Shown here piece by piece: positions 13,680 to 27,285 of a DNA stretch of 64,000 bases (within the stretch, counting starts at the first letter, position 1; the number at the start of each line of letters is the position of its first letter). The translations under genes and the position numbers were made by a program. Source of the stretch: Sphyrna mokarran (Eukaryota); the NCBI GenBank assembly GCA_024679065.1, contig JAGIQG010000005.1, positions 37,076,001 through 37,140,000 on the forward strand, in the 5' to 3' direction. Under the pieces are notes generated by a model. The model was given only the letters and a program-made list of their open reading frames with translations. It did not search any database and was not told where the DNA came from.

Positions 13680-14120
13680 ATATTAAAGGTGACTTGGATC
13701 CAATTATACAAGGAAAGCAAAAAGTTAGCATATAGGGGCAGCGAGCAATTAAGAAGGCAAGTGGCATGTTGGCCTTTATTATCTGGGGATTTAAGTACTG
13801 ATATAAAGGATTCTTGCTATTATTAAACAGGGGTTTGTTGAGACTACATCTGGAATATTGTGAGCAATTTTGGTCTCTAAATGTAAATAAGGATTTACTT
13901 GCATTGGAGACAGTACAACGGTCCCAAATTAGCCCCTGGGATGAGTACGTCATTGAATATATTTAAGGGCTAGGCAGATCTCTCAGGGAATTAAGGGAAA
14001 GTGGGGGTGATGTACTGAGTGGGAAAATTGAATTGAAGTCCATGATCAGACATGATAGTATTGAATGGAGGAGCAGGTTCAAAAGGCCTGATTGTCTATT
14101 CCTGCTACCATTTCTTGTGT
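13680..14120 (+). mobile_element. Decayed CR1 3' fragment
   Basis: Sequence resembling KKASGMLAFI...RLHLEYCEQFWS...LETVQR, then a CR1-type 3' UTR. Confidence 0.7.
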
Positions 14121-14507
14121 TAAAATACTCATTATTTATCACTTATTCTTCATGGTATTTCATTTTCATGGTATTATTAAATGAAATTAAAGCTCAGAAA
14201 CAACTGCTTTCCACTCTGCCTATCCTCATTTATATAGCCTTCAATCCGATCAATAACTGGATATTTATCCAAATCTCACTTTAATGCATTAATCAATTGC
14301 TTTTGCTAAAAATCTGGTCCAAATGTCCACAATTTCTTGTCTTGATCATGGCATGCTAACTTCAAAACTGTATAATGTAGTTTGTGGTGTACAGTTCAAT
14401 TTACTTCAGCCTTTTTCAATCTCTAATGATCTGGGTCAAATGTTTTCTTCCCAGATTTTCACTAATGATCAAAGTTCAGCTCTGAGTGCATCTTCATAAT
14501 TATAAGA

Positions 14508-16360
14508 CCAAAAGAGAGAATGCTGGAAAACCTCAGCAGGTCTGGCTTCTATAAGGAGAGAAAAGAGCTGACGTTTCAAGTCCAGATAACCCTTTCTCTA
14601 AACTAAAAAGCATAGAAATTGGGAAATATTTATACTGCAGGCTGAGAGAATGAAAGATGAGTCATAGCTACATAAACCAGGGGAAAAGAGTGCCTGACCA
14701 CAGACAGAATAAAAGGTGTGAATGGCCAAACCACAGACTAAGGTAGCTGTGACAAATGAAGATGTTGAGGGAAGGGGGGAATGGATGGGACAGAGGTAAA
14801 ATTTAGAAAAAGGGAAACAAAGGGGGAGAAAAGATCTTCACCTGGTCCATCTCAGACACTTCTCTTCCCTTCCTTGAACTTTCTGTTTCTATTTCCGGCA
14901 ATAAACTATCTACCAATATTCATAGCAAACCCACTGACTCCCACAGCTATCTGGACTACAGCTCTTTGCACCCTACATCCTGTAAGGACTCCATCTCTTC
15001 TGCTCAGCTCCTTCACCTCCAACATATTTGTTTTGGTGATGCCACTTTCCAAAGTGTAGCTTCTTATAGTGCTCCTTTTTCCTCAACCGTGGATTCCCAC
15101 CTACAGTTGTAGACAGGGCCCTCAAAAGTATACAGTCCACTTCCTGCACCATGATCCTCACTCCCTCCCTCTCTCCCAGAACAAGGATACAATCTCCCTT
15201 GTTCTCAAATTTTATCCCACCAGCCTCAAAGCATAATCCTCCACCATTTTCACCAACTTCACTGTGATGCCACCACCAATCTCATCTTCCCTTCACTCCT
15301 TTTGTCAGCATTCCACAGAGATTATTCCCTCTAGGATAATCTAGTCCACTCCTCTGCTATACCCAACACCTCTTCCATCATTCATGGCACCTTCCCGTGC
15401 AATTGCAGAAGGTGTAATACCCCTGTTTCTTTACTTCTTCTTTGCTTGCCATCCAAGGTCCAAAATAGTCATTCCAGGTTGAGCAGCATTTCACTTACAC
15501 CTCTTTCAGTTTGATGTATTGCATTTGCTGCTCCCAATGTGGTCTCTTCTATGTCAGAGAGACCAAGCATAGATTGGGTGATCGCTTTGCTGATCATTTT
15601 CAGTCTGTGCACAATCAGGAGCCTGACCTTCCAGTTGCTTGCCATTTTAACACATGATCCTGCTCCCTTGCCCACATGTCTGTCCTTGGCTTGTTGCAAT
15701 GTTCCAGTAAAGATCAATGCAAACTGGAGGAAGAGTATCTCATCTTCTTTGAGTCTTGAAGGCACTTTACAGCCTTCCAGTCTCAACATCGAATTCAATA
15801 ACTTCAGAAGATTTGTTCTATCCCACCTTGATCCCTTAGTTTTCATTCTATTTTCTTTAACTTTTTACTGTTCTCTACTTTTTATTTCTTTATTGTTTTT
15901 CTTCATTTTTCTTCCCCTCCCAATTCTTTCCTCCTACTTTATCCCCCTTCCCTTTCCTTTTCTCTCCCTTTGCTTCCCCTTTTCTAAATTTTGCCTCTGT
16001 TCCATCCATTCCTCCCCCCCCCCCCCCCCGCCCCACCACCCCCCCCGACATCATAGGTCATAGTTTAGCCTCTCATTTTAGTTTCTCTGCTGTTTGGCCA
16101 TTCATGTCCTTTATTCTGTCTGTGTACAGCTAATTCATGCTTTTTCCCTGGTTTCTGTGGTTACGACTCATCTTTCATTCCTTCACCCTGCAGTGTAATT
16201 ATCTCCCACTTTTAACGCCTTTTAGCTTTGACAAAGGGTCATCAGGACTTGAAACATCAACTCTTTTCTCTCCTTACAGATGCTGCCAGACCTGCTGAGA
16301 TTTTCCAGCATTTTCTCTTTTGGTTTCAGATTCTAGCATCCGCAGTAATTTGCTTTTATT
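14508..16360 (+). mobile_element. Penelope-like element (RT C-terminus and GIY-YIG) flanked by an inverted copy of its own 3' end
   Basis: KPTDSHSYLDY-like RT end near 14920-14960; CICCSQCGLFYV.ETK.RLGDRFADH GIY-YIG near 15515-15600. 14508-14740 is the reverse complement of ~16085-16325. Confidence 0.85.
16011..16046. repeat. Poly-C / C-rich tract inside a Penelope-like element (G-rich on the minus strand)
   Basis: Long C runs read directly. Confidence 0.8.
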
Positions 16361-17394
16361 CGTCATTATGAAATCAGTCCAGTTACTGTCCCAAAATGCT
16401 TTCCAAAATATCAGTCCTTAAATTATGTAAAAACATCCATGAAAAACTTGCAGGTTCCTCCTAATATCTTGTATGGTGGCTGCTTTATACTCAGAACACT
16501 GTCTCAGATTTATGGTTCTGTTGACACCTACTGATTGTTTATACCCATGCACAGTTGCAGCTTGCACTGTGTGATAGCTTTTGGTTACTACCCTTGGGTA
16601 ATGCCCTAATGGAGATGAGGAAATTCATGTTTCACTGCAGTCCGTTGTGTTCACATCTGCATTAATCAATCCATGCTGAACAGTCTGAAACAAGACAGGA
16701 ATTTAACTAAGGCAGAGGTGACAAATAGCTTTGCCAGAGTGTGGTTTCTAAACACAGCAGAAATAATTGACACTTACCCAAGGAACTTGTGATAACTGAA
16801 CTCAGTGGCTCTAAAAGCACCTTTCAGGGGAAAAAAAAGACTAGACTTATGAATAGTTGAACAGTGATGATTGCAATAGAAGTACTGTTTTGGAGCCAGC
16901 CCATGGTACTGTGAGAATTTAAACAACCCAGTTTCAAGGTTAAAAATGTTTGACTTTCACATTGTGGCATTGTTCCAGCTTTATAACCCACACTGTGAGG
17001 AACATAAAAAGCTGACCAGTTTCTTTGGTAAGATAAGCAGATAAAAGATTCAGTTTCAAAACTGAACTCACAAATATGTGAAAGCAGAGACAATGACAAT
17101 AAATATCTATATGTTCTCTATGTGGTAGTGTTTACACATAAGGTTCACAGCTTAGTGTTCACCAAAGAGCAAACAAATACAGCCAGTCTGAACATTTAAC
17201 ATTAAATTTCATTTGTTGGAGAAGAATTAGGAACAAAAAGAATTTCCAAAGGGACTACAAATGTACATGCCACACTTTGCAAGAGCACTGAGAAGGTCAG
17301 CATTTGTGTGAATAATATCTGGTTCTTCTGTCAATAGTTAATGTCTGCTTTTTCACAAAGATACTGTTAATCTATTATTTTTGAGTGCCCATAT

Positions 17395-17660
17395 TTAAAG
17401 TTTATTAGTCACAAGTAAGGCTTACATTAACACTGCAATGAAGTTACTGTGAAATTCCCCTGGTCGCCACAGTCTGGCACCTATTCAGGTCAATGCAAAT
17501 GACCAGCACATCTTTCAGCATGTGGGAGGAAACTGGAACACCCAGAGGAAACCAATGCAGACATGAGGAGAATGTGTAAACTCCACAAAGACAGTGACTC
17601 AAACCGGGAATTGAACCCGGATCCCAGGGCTGTGAAGCAGCAGTGCTAACCACTGTGTGA
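17395..17660 (-). mobile_element. HE1-like V-SINE with the Rex-like tail
   Basis: Reverse complement of the 11442 type, with a clear B-box ggttcaattccc. Confidence 0.85.
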
Positions 17661-18764
17661 CTGTGCAACAAGGAAATTTTATCCATCTGAGGAAAATTCT
17701 GTCCATCGTGACTGTCTCAATGGAATAGGAAAACCTAAACAACTGATTAGATATTGACAAGTTGAGCAAAGTTTGCAAATATAATTTGCATGACCTACAT
17801 TGCCTAAGAAGACGATCGTTACCATGTTGAACATCAATCCCTCCATCACTGGCACTCTGGCTGTGTAAAAGATGCAACTCATTCTTTCAGCATCACCTTC
17901 CAAACCTGAACATTCTAACAGCTAGAAGGGTAAGAGCAGGGAACACTACCGCTTCCAAGTTCCCCAAGTCACACAACATCCTATTTCCTGGCTTGCAAAT
18001 CCTTTTCTGTTGCTAGGTCAAATTCGAACTCCATCCTAACAGCACAGTTGGTGTACCTACACTAGATGGACTGCAGTGGTACAAGGTTTCATAGATCATC
18101 ACCATTTCAAAAGCAATTTGAAATGGGCAATAAATGCTGTTCTTGTCAACAAAGTTCACATTCTGAATGAATTATAAATCAAATTCTGAAGGTGCAACTT
18201 CTTTTACAGTTCAATTTAATGAAATACAAATATACCATTGCAAAATGTTAAACAGGGTGACTTCCCTGAGATAAAATACACTAAGTCGTTGTGGTCAATA
18301 GCATTTGGCATAAGAGGTCAAATGATAAAAATTACATTTTATCATAACTAAATTTTACATTTTGCAGTGGTGAGCTTTGAGGATCTTAAGTTTGGTTACA
18401 TTCAGATATGACTTAAGGCAGAAAGCTTTAGTTACTGTTACATGAGATAGAAGATAGTTGAAACGAATATTCCACTTTGAATATGCTATGGCTTTGTCTT
18501 TTCAGATTCTCATATGAAGTGAAAGTATATACAAAATGTTTGATAAATAGATTTTCAAAATTTTAACACCAAATGTGAATTTTCACAGAAGCTCGCCCAT
18601 TCATTTTCATTGCTTCAATCGAAGAGCCATTGAAACCACAGATAAGTAGCACATGCACCATTTATGTCATTATCCCAAAGTTTGGGTATTCTTCTGTCAA
18701 ACGTATGATGGACAAGCACAAAAATCCCATGGAATTTCATCTCCGACATGATTAGGATGCATAT

Positions 18765-18990
18765 CAAAGCAAAATACTGCAGGTGCTGGAAACCTGAAAT
18801 AAAAACGGAATGTGCTGGATAAATTCAACAGGTCTGACAGCATCTGTGGAGAGAGAAATAGAGTTAATGTTTTGAGTCCATATGACCCTTCTACAGAACT
18901 GAAGAGGGGATACAAATGTGATGAATTATACTTGAAGAGTGGAATGGAGCAGAATGCAAAGTCAGTGATAGTGGCATTTAAGAAGAGATT
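18765..18990 (-). mobile_element. Penelope-like 3' end fragment
   Basis: aaagcaaaatactgcaggtgctgga...aggtctgacagcatctgtggagagagaaa matches the reverse complement of 16260-16360. Confidence 0.7.
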
Positions 18991-19587
18991 GGCAAAGACA
19001 TAGTAGGCATATTTAAGAAGCAGTGTGAATAGTGAATTAAAAAATAATATTATAGACCTTGAAACCCAACCTGACCAACAGCAAGTTTCACAACCTTATG
19101 AATGTTGATTTTAAAGATCCCATGAAAAATGAATTTTGGGCAGGTTGAGGCATAAATTTTCAGTCATTGATACAGTGTTGGTGTATATGCATTTTCCACT
19201 GCAAGAGGTGTCAATTTTAAAAGCATAAAATTAGGTTAGATGTTAGGAGATTGCGCCACCAACTCCCCTCCAGAGTTAGAGACATTTAAAATTGTTTGCT
19301 GCTAATGCAATGAATGCGGATTTGTTGCAACCATTTAATAGAAAGCTTGATGAGTTCCTGAGAGTGGCCAACATATTGACACACAGCAGGTAGGGAGGAT
19401 ACTGGGGGTTGTATAACATTATTCTTTTGTTGGAAGGAAGGGTAATGAAATCAATTACCATGCATTTTAAGAGACCTGCATCAAGCCAGAAAGATAATGC
19501 GGTATTTGGGAAGTCACAATGTGAAAACACAAAAGAAATTACCAGCAGTCCAGCACAACTAAAGGTTTACAAAGTACTTTGATGATA

Positions 19588-19862
19588 TTAAGTTTAAGTT
19601 TATTTATTAGTGTCACAATAAGTTTATATTAACACTGCAATGAAATTAGTGTGAAAGTCCCTTAGTCGCCACACTCCGATACCTATTCAGCCTAACCTGC
19701 ACATCTTTCAGACTGTGGGAGGAAACAAGAGCACTGGAAGAAACTCATGCAGACATGGGGAAAACATGCAGACTCCACACAGATAGTGACCCAAACCAGG
19801 GATTAACGTGGGTTCTTGGCACTGTGAGGCAGCGATGCTAACCATTGTGCCACCATGCTGCC
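19588..19862 (-). mobile_element. HE1-like V-SINE with the Rex-like tail
   Basis: Full head to tail. Confidence 0.85.
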
Positions 19863-21489
19863 CATCGATAGAAATGTTTTAATCTGTCCATTTGGTGATC
19901 TTCTGTCCACTGTTTTAGTAGTAATGTAAATTCACCTAAAATCAATAGATTAATGCCCCCATTAAAATAACAGACAGCGGAGGAATGTATTTCCAAGGAA
20001 TTGTGTATTTACTTGCTGTTGATGCGAACAGCAATTACCAGCAATTAAATTGATAATCTCTCTATGAAGTGTCATAAAAACAACTACATGTAAAATGAAA
20101 AGAAACTGCAACAGTCAGCAACTTTTCTGGACAAAGGTAACTCTTGGAACACCAGTATATCCAGTGCAGTGTATTTTTCACCCTCTGGGACATATCATTT
20201 CATAAGATTTTGCCTCGGGGCTTTTGGGTTCAACAATTATTTAGTAATAAAGCTAAGATGTTGGGAATGAGCATTACTGTGGCAATAATTGATGTAACAA
20301 TGATACATGGTTATAACATGAACAAAATAATCAAACAATTCCAAATCATTTCTCCTGTTTTGCTTTTTCTTTTGTCTTTACTTTCTCATTACTTGACTGG
20401 TGTTCTATTTCGAAGTTTCAGAACTGAAACCATTTATTGCTTAAAGTTTAAGAGTCATGTCAGCAATCTGGAGAGATGAATGGGGGATATTGCAGGACAG
20501 GAGCGAGTGGGAGTGAGGGTTAGTTGCTTGTAACAGAGGCATGAAAAGTAGGCGAAATATTTCTACCCGGTGAAAAGCATTTACCTAGTGGATCTGGCTG
20601 CTCTTGCATCTCTGGGAATCATAGCTGACAATATTAAATTTAAACAGAACCTCCTTTTCAGATAATGAGGATGGACCCAGTGCTGGGTAACTGGGTTTCT
20701 CCCGAAATGGTTAAAATGGAAGCAGAGGTGCTCAAGTCTGGGTTCAGGTTTATCATACTTGCTGTTTTAAACACCTCCTTGGTCTGCTGCAACCTGCCCT
20801 TGGTGTGATTAAAACTCCCCTCTCTTTCTTTTCATAATCTTGACCTACTTTCTAAATATCGTTCCCAAGAGCACACAGGTTTCATAGAATGTACAGTGCA
20901 GAAGGAGGCCATTCATCCCATCGAGTCTGCACCAACCACAATTCTCCCATAACCCCATGTATTTACCCTAGCTACTCCTCCTGACGCTAAGGGACAATTT
21001 AACAAGGCTTATTCACCTAACCCGCATAGGTTTGGACTAACAGTTTTTTAACAGCAGTCTCCCCAATGATTTTATTTTAGTATTAGCACTTTTATAAACG
21101 GGAGTAAAACTAAAGTTAAGAGCCTAAGCCAAGGGCTACCTTTACAACTTTATCAGTTTCAAAATATGTATGTATCTGAATCCTAGTTAACCACATTCCT
21201 CATTTTGTTTGTCAATTGCAACTTTTGATATTATGCTCCCAGACCCAAGTTCAGATCATTGATGTCAATTGAGAAGATCAATAGTCCTAACTGAACTGAA
21301 CTATAGGAGGTGGTATTGATACTTCCTCCAAGCTGGAAAACATTAATCAGCCATTACAAAAGCATATATCAATAATTCTGGTAGTGTTATTTTCTTTAGA
21401 TAGTTAAAATTTTTGCATTAACTTCACATGCAATGTTAATATAAGCCTACTTGTGACACTAATAAATAAACTAAAACTTTAAAAGTGTC

Positions 21490-22280
21490 TTCAGGTAGTC
21501 AGCACCAGTCTCCAACATTTCCTCCTTTCTTCCCACCCTGGCCAGTCAGCCTGATATAGTTCCATTCACTGTGTTAAGTCCAAGGGGTGCAAAATTGACT
21601 GTAGATAGAGCATCATAGATTTGTCATTCATTTCCTAATGTAGCTGGAATACATTAATTAAAACCAGGCCCAGCTCTCCTCTGCCAAAACTGCCCACTAC
21701 TTTAAAATCACCAACCATTTCCTTAAACACTGCTCCTCTACCCGCTCCATCTTCTCCATGAACATCAGAGGGAAGTTTATGGACTTCTTCATTATTAAGA
21801 TCAAATACTTTCTTCAGTTGCATCTACCAGATTCCTCCAGTTCACTTTTGTCCTTTAAACCAAGATTCTCCCAAGCCCTAGTTCTGAACCTTCTTTATTT
21901 ATTTTCTCTTTTATTGATCTCATTCGCTGTCTGAAGTCATCTCGTCTATGAGAAATAACCTCCTCCTCTCTCGGTCCCACTCTCACCAAATCCCGGGCAA
22001 CTTCTCCAATGGCCCACAAGTTAGCTGATATTATAAATAGTTTCGTCTCCTCAAGTACTGCCCACCTCCTTTCAAATCCCAAGTCATCATCCCTTCTTCA
22101 AAAGAAACTATCCCTTGCTTCACTGCGCTCAAAACCAACCAAAAGTGTTGTGGCCTCCAAAACCCTTGCCTATCTTTCCTGCAACTCCATATTTGAACTG
22201 TTCCAATTGGGTTTATGCCTTGCCACAGCCTTTCTCAAAGTAATAAATTAAATCGTCTGTCTCATACCATCACCCTTCTC
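21490..22280 (+). mobile_element. Highly decayed L2-like LINE fragment
   Basis: Pyrimidine-rich decayed ORF2-like sequence (LADIINS..., LFQLGLCLATAFLKVIN, resembling the L2 FQSGF...ETAL.KV.N region). Confidence 0.45.
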
Positions 22281-24199
22281 TGTCTTTAAGACAGAGATAG
22301 ATCAATTAATAAGGGGATCAGGGATTATGGGAAAACACAGGAGAATGGGGATGAGAAAAATATCAGCCATGATTGAATGGCTGAGCAGACTGGATGGGCC
22401 GAGCGGCCTGATTCTGCTCCTATATCTTATGGTCTTATGGTCTTCATGAGTTGTCTACAGTCTCCGACACAGATGATTCTACCGACCTTCGCCAGTGCCT
22501 GCCAGTTAAACATTGGAAAAATTAATGTCATTGTCTCTTTCTTTGGCTCAGTGTCCATTTTACCAGGTTACATTCCTATGAAGTACCTTGAGATGTTTTA
22601 TGACTTTAAAGGTGTTATATAAATACACGTTAATGTAGTTTTAGCAAAGCAGTAAAAAAAAAAGAAAATCCACTCTGGCTATAAAACTTGCAATACTGAC
22701 AGCTTCTTGGGAACAACTGTAAATATTTTATGGTGTTGTCAAGTTATTCCAGTTATTTGGCTAAATAAGTCCTTGTTTTAAGTTTTTACTAAAACAAGAA
22801 AGGAAACTTTAACATCTGATCATTTTCACATGCTTCACTGAGCTATTGCTGAGGCAATGTCTGCTGAAATCACTAGAAAACTTTGGAAATGCTTTAGTGG
22901 TCTCTTGTGGCAGCTGACAGATACTACAGCCCTGCAATTTATTACTCACCAGAAACATGCCTGCCTGATCCAAGTACAAATTTGATCCAATTATATAATT
23001 CCATTGGAGCAAAGCACTTTCCATTCACTTTCATTACAAATAATTCCTGAATCAAGCATAACACTTCAAACACGACACCCCATCCAAACAATACTCCTCA
23101 ATCAAAATCCGGCTTTCATTTCACAATGCACTCAAATTCAAACCAGCACCAAGGAACAGAATGTTTCACGTGAAAGGTTGGTTTTAATTCATCTTTATTC
23201 TGTTTAACTAGGAGCATTAGCAAACAGGATGATGTGTGACTTGGGGCAGGAGGTAGAGTGGATCTGGTGGAATTTGACAGCCGCAGTCGTCCCAAGACTG
23301 GGAAATCCCACCCAAGGTCAACAGATCTTTCCATGGTCCGTCCCTAGCCTGCTGCAATTCCCATGGTGAATGGAACAGGAAAATTCACCCCAATATGCTC
23401 TTGCTACATGCAAGTTTAGGCGATGGAGTTTGCAGGTTTGGAAGGTGCTGTCAAAGAAGTCTGGGTGAGTTGCTGCAGAGCACCTTGTGGATGTGTTTAG
23501 TGTAGCCATAGTGTGCCGATGGTAGAGTGAGTGTATGTTTAAGTTAATGACTGGGCTGACGATCAAGAGGTTTGTTTTGTCCTGGATTGCGTTAGTGTTC
23601 TTGAATGTTATTGCTGCTGCAATATCTAAGCAGGTGGAGAATATTCAGTTACCTTCCCGAAAGCCTCTTCAGCATTTTTGTAGGTGGTGGAGAGGCTTTG
23701 TAGGGGTCAAGAGGGGAGCCTTCGCCACAGAACACCCAGCTTTGATGTATTTTGGTTGCACAGTATAAATGTGGCTGATCCAATTGAATTTCTATTCAAT
23801 GGTAATGCCAGAATATTTCATCCAATTGCTATTTGTGGAATCTTGCTGTACACACATGGTTTGCTGTTTCTATCCCTATAATAACATATTTTCTTTAAGA
23901 TAGTAGTTCAGAAAGATCACAAAAATATAGGGCAAGTTATGTTGGGATATTTGGTTTACTAAACTCATTCATCAACAGGAACACACCTACTCAGAGTTAC
24001 AGAATCCAAATGCTTCATGAATGACTCCAGAGTTTTTGTCTCCACTATTCTACCTGGATGACCAGATTTTGATAGGACTGCACGAACAAGTGCTTTCTGA
24101 CATCTGACATTAAGTTTGAACTTTCCTTCATCAATTTATACCCACATCTTCTTGTCCTATGTCACCCATTAACATAAAATAGCTTTCCAACTTTAGTTG

Positions 24200-24740
24200 A
24201 TGCTTTTTTTTAATAAGGTTAGGATTGTAATTTACAGTCTATCCAATCTCTCTTCATAACTAAAACTTTCCAGCCCAGACAATATCCTGGCAAATCTCCC
24301 CTGCACCCTTTCCAATGCCACCACATCCTTCCTATAATGTGGATTCCAGAACTGCACACAATACTCTAGCTATGGCTGAATCAACATTTTATACAGTTCT
24401 AGCATAAGTGCATCATCTCACAATCATCTGGATTGAATTCCATTTGCCACCGATCAGCCCATCTGACCAGCCTCCTGTAATCTAAGAATATCCTCTTCTC
24501 TTCCAACCCACTAATTTTCATATCATGTGCAAACTTAATGATCAGCCCTCATATATCCAAGTTTAAGTCATTTATATAAACCACAAACAGTAAGTGTTCC
24601 AACATTAATTCCTGCAGGACCCCACTAGACATTGTCTTCCAGTCAGAAAAACACTCCTCAACTATTAACCTCTGCTTTCTGCAACTCAGCCAATTCTCAA
24701 TTCAATTTTTTTTGGATTCCATGAGCTCTTGCCTTCACTA
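24200..24740 (-). mobile_element. Decayed CR1 fragment
   Basis: Reverse-complement matches to EYCVQFW and WQMEFNP-type motifs. Confidence 0.65.
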
Positions 24741-24929
24741 GAGCATATCAAAGTCATCCTGTGGCACAAAGGTTATCCTGATCAGATCATTATTCATCGT
24801 AGTTATGTAGATGTGTTAAATACAATATTAATTTATAAAGCCGTCAGCTGGACATATACATATTGAACATGTTGAAAAGAACACTTTCACTAAGCAAAGG
24901 GAACTGGTGCAGTTCTAATGCTGCAAGGA

Positions 24930-25250
24930 CTGTCTTACGGAGACTGGAGTTCTCAGGGACAATGGCTAAACTCGGCCCAGATTGGAACCAGAGAGAGTTC
25001 TTGTGTCCTGGATGTAGGATACATTGGATTTGAACTAAGAATTAGAGCCTAGGTTCATGGAAGATGGTCAGAGCAATCCTTAGTCCAAATGGTATAACTT
25101 GGCATTGGGAAAAGAAGTCTGTGTTGATGAAGATTGTTATTACTTTAGACGGAGGTGTTAAGGGGATCTGCCCATATCCCTTTGACACATCTAATTTTGT
25201 AATGAACATGGCAATTTTTAGCATGTCGATAGTCTTCCAGCTGAGGAATT
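24930..25250 (-). mobile_element. Gypsy RT fragment
   Basis: FITKLDVSKGYGQIPLT...CQVIPFGLRIA matches the Gypsy RT motif LDL.KGY.Q.PL...MPFG..NA. Confidence 0.75.
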
Positions 25251-25264
25251 GGATAAATATATTT

Positions 25265-25812
25265 TAAATTCATTTATGGGATGTGGGCACAACTAGTTAG
25301 ACCTCTATTTATTGCTCATCCCTAGTTGCTCTTCCGACGATGGTGGTGAGCTGATTTCTTGAATCGCTGCAGTCCTCAACATGTAGGTGCACCAACACTG
25401 GGTTAGAGAAGGAGTTCCAGGATTCTGATCCAGCTACAGTGAAGGAATAGTGATATGTTTCCAAGTCAGGACGGTGAGTGACTTGGACGGGAGGCCCCAA
25501 GTGATGACGTTCCCTTGTGTTTGCTCCTCTTATTCTTCTAGATTGTAGTGGTCAGGAGTTGAAAAGTGTTGCCTAAAAAACCTTGGTGAGATTCTGCAGT
25601 GCATCTTGTAGATGGTACACGTGGTTGCCATAGTTTGTCAATGGGGGAGACATTGGACGTTTGGGCAAAAGGTAGCAATCGAGTAGGCTGCTCTGTCCTG
25701 AATGGTGTCAAGCCTCAAGTGTTCTTGGAGTTGCACTCATCAGGCAAGTGGAGAGTATTCCATCACACTCCTGACTTGTGTATTGTAGATAGTGGATAGG
25801 CTTTGGGGAGTC
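25265..25812 (-). mobile_element. Old LINE 3' fragment, same family
   Basis: Tail tttattgctcatccctagttgc; body collinear with 3840-4320. Confidence 0.7.
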
Positions 25813-26594
25813 TGCTTTTGTCACTGCATTAACATTTCTGTGGTTGATTCATTGGGCTTAGACCCTAGCATGGCTGGACAACTCCAGTCACAGGGCTAGA
25901 AGGGATGACAGCATTACACTCCACCCACCCACCCCCATTTCTCTTTCTCTGACATCTCTTTCTTTAAAGCTGAGTTGTTTGTGATTTGAAAACTAGTCAG
26001 ATCTCATTGTTGCGAACTGAGAGTTCGTACTAGAGGATTCCAAAAACATTAATATCTCCTAGATTGCTTGAGAAAAACTTTTATCAACGGCTACGGTGGA
26101 AAGTGACCCTTCAGCTATAAACAAGCATCTGGACAATCTGTGAATAATATTTTATCTGACTTTAACTTTGACTTGGCCAAGTTTTAAAATCTGATATTCT
26201 ACAGGTTTTGTTTTGCAGACCCGGGTGTGGAGGTTGGGCACAATAGTTGGGTGGGCTTTGTTTGTGCTGTTTTTGCATTTATGAGTAGATGGACAGTTTT
26301 TGTTTTAAATCTTTTGTTAATAATTTCTGCATCTTTGTTTGAGTGAGATTTAGCAACAAAACGATCTCTTGTTAATTAAAGAACCTGACTGGCTTACTTC
26401 TTAATGAATCACACAGAATTAAATATTATATATGGAGTTGGCAATATCACTTTCTTTTTAAATTCAAACTCTGTTCTAATTAACAAAGCAGTGAGACAAA
26501 GAGGAATCAATTTACTCCTCCTAACCTGGTTACAACAGTGTATCACACTAACTTGCAAGTAGGAAAGCTGTCACTTTTGGATATTAAAGTGCCT

Positions 26595-27285
26595 TGTTTA
26601 CCTCAAATTACTCTGGAAAAATAAAATATCTCAAAAGTTTGAAAAGCAGGGTAAGCAAGCCGTTTCACCGTGGTTACACAAATGGTATTTTCCACCATCA
26701 GCATGCTGCCATCTATCCAAAATGACCTTCTGCCTACTACACAATAAGCAATGTTATGAATGAATTTCTTTACCGATGCAAGGCCAGCTACATAAGCAAT
26801 ACCTCCCAATGAATACTTGATTGAATCAAAGAACATATTGCTTTGGTTGTTCGTAACATATGGAGAACAACCTATACTCAAGCCACACTTACAAATACCT
26901 AATGCTAGATATGATTCTACAATTGGGCAGCACTTGCTGAATAATTTTGAGTGCACTAATAGCCACATCCAATTTAACATCCAGCCAAGCTCACAAAGTG
27001 GCTCATCTATGCTTACCGGAAGCAATATACATTCATCGTCAGGGAATCCATTTCCTACAAATAAAATATATTCAAGGTTATTTTTTCTTAAATTACCCAG
27101 AACTTGGGGAACATATAGTTCCCTGTTGCTTTCTCCGTAACAATATCTTGGCCAATCAAAATCAGCTTAGTAACCAAGCAACTGCCTTCTTTTCCTATGT
27201 ATAAATTGTTAGGATTACTTGAAATTTGGCATTCATGTGTTTGTCCTGATGAGTGCAGAATGAGAAGCTGCCTCTATTTTCCACA
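26595..27285 (+). mobile_element. Second Penelope-like family, decayed GIY-YIG region and 3' end
   Basis: Remnants YLKLLWK.KISQKFEK, MLPSIQNDLLPTT and DSTIGQHLLNNFEC; 3' end cctgatgagtgcag is similar to 13350-13670. Confidence 0.6.
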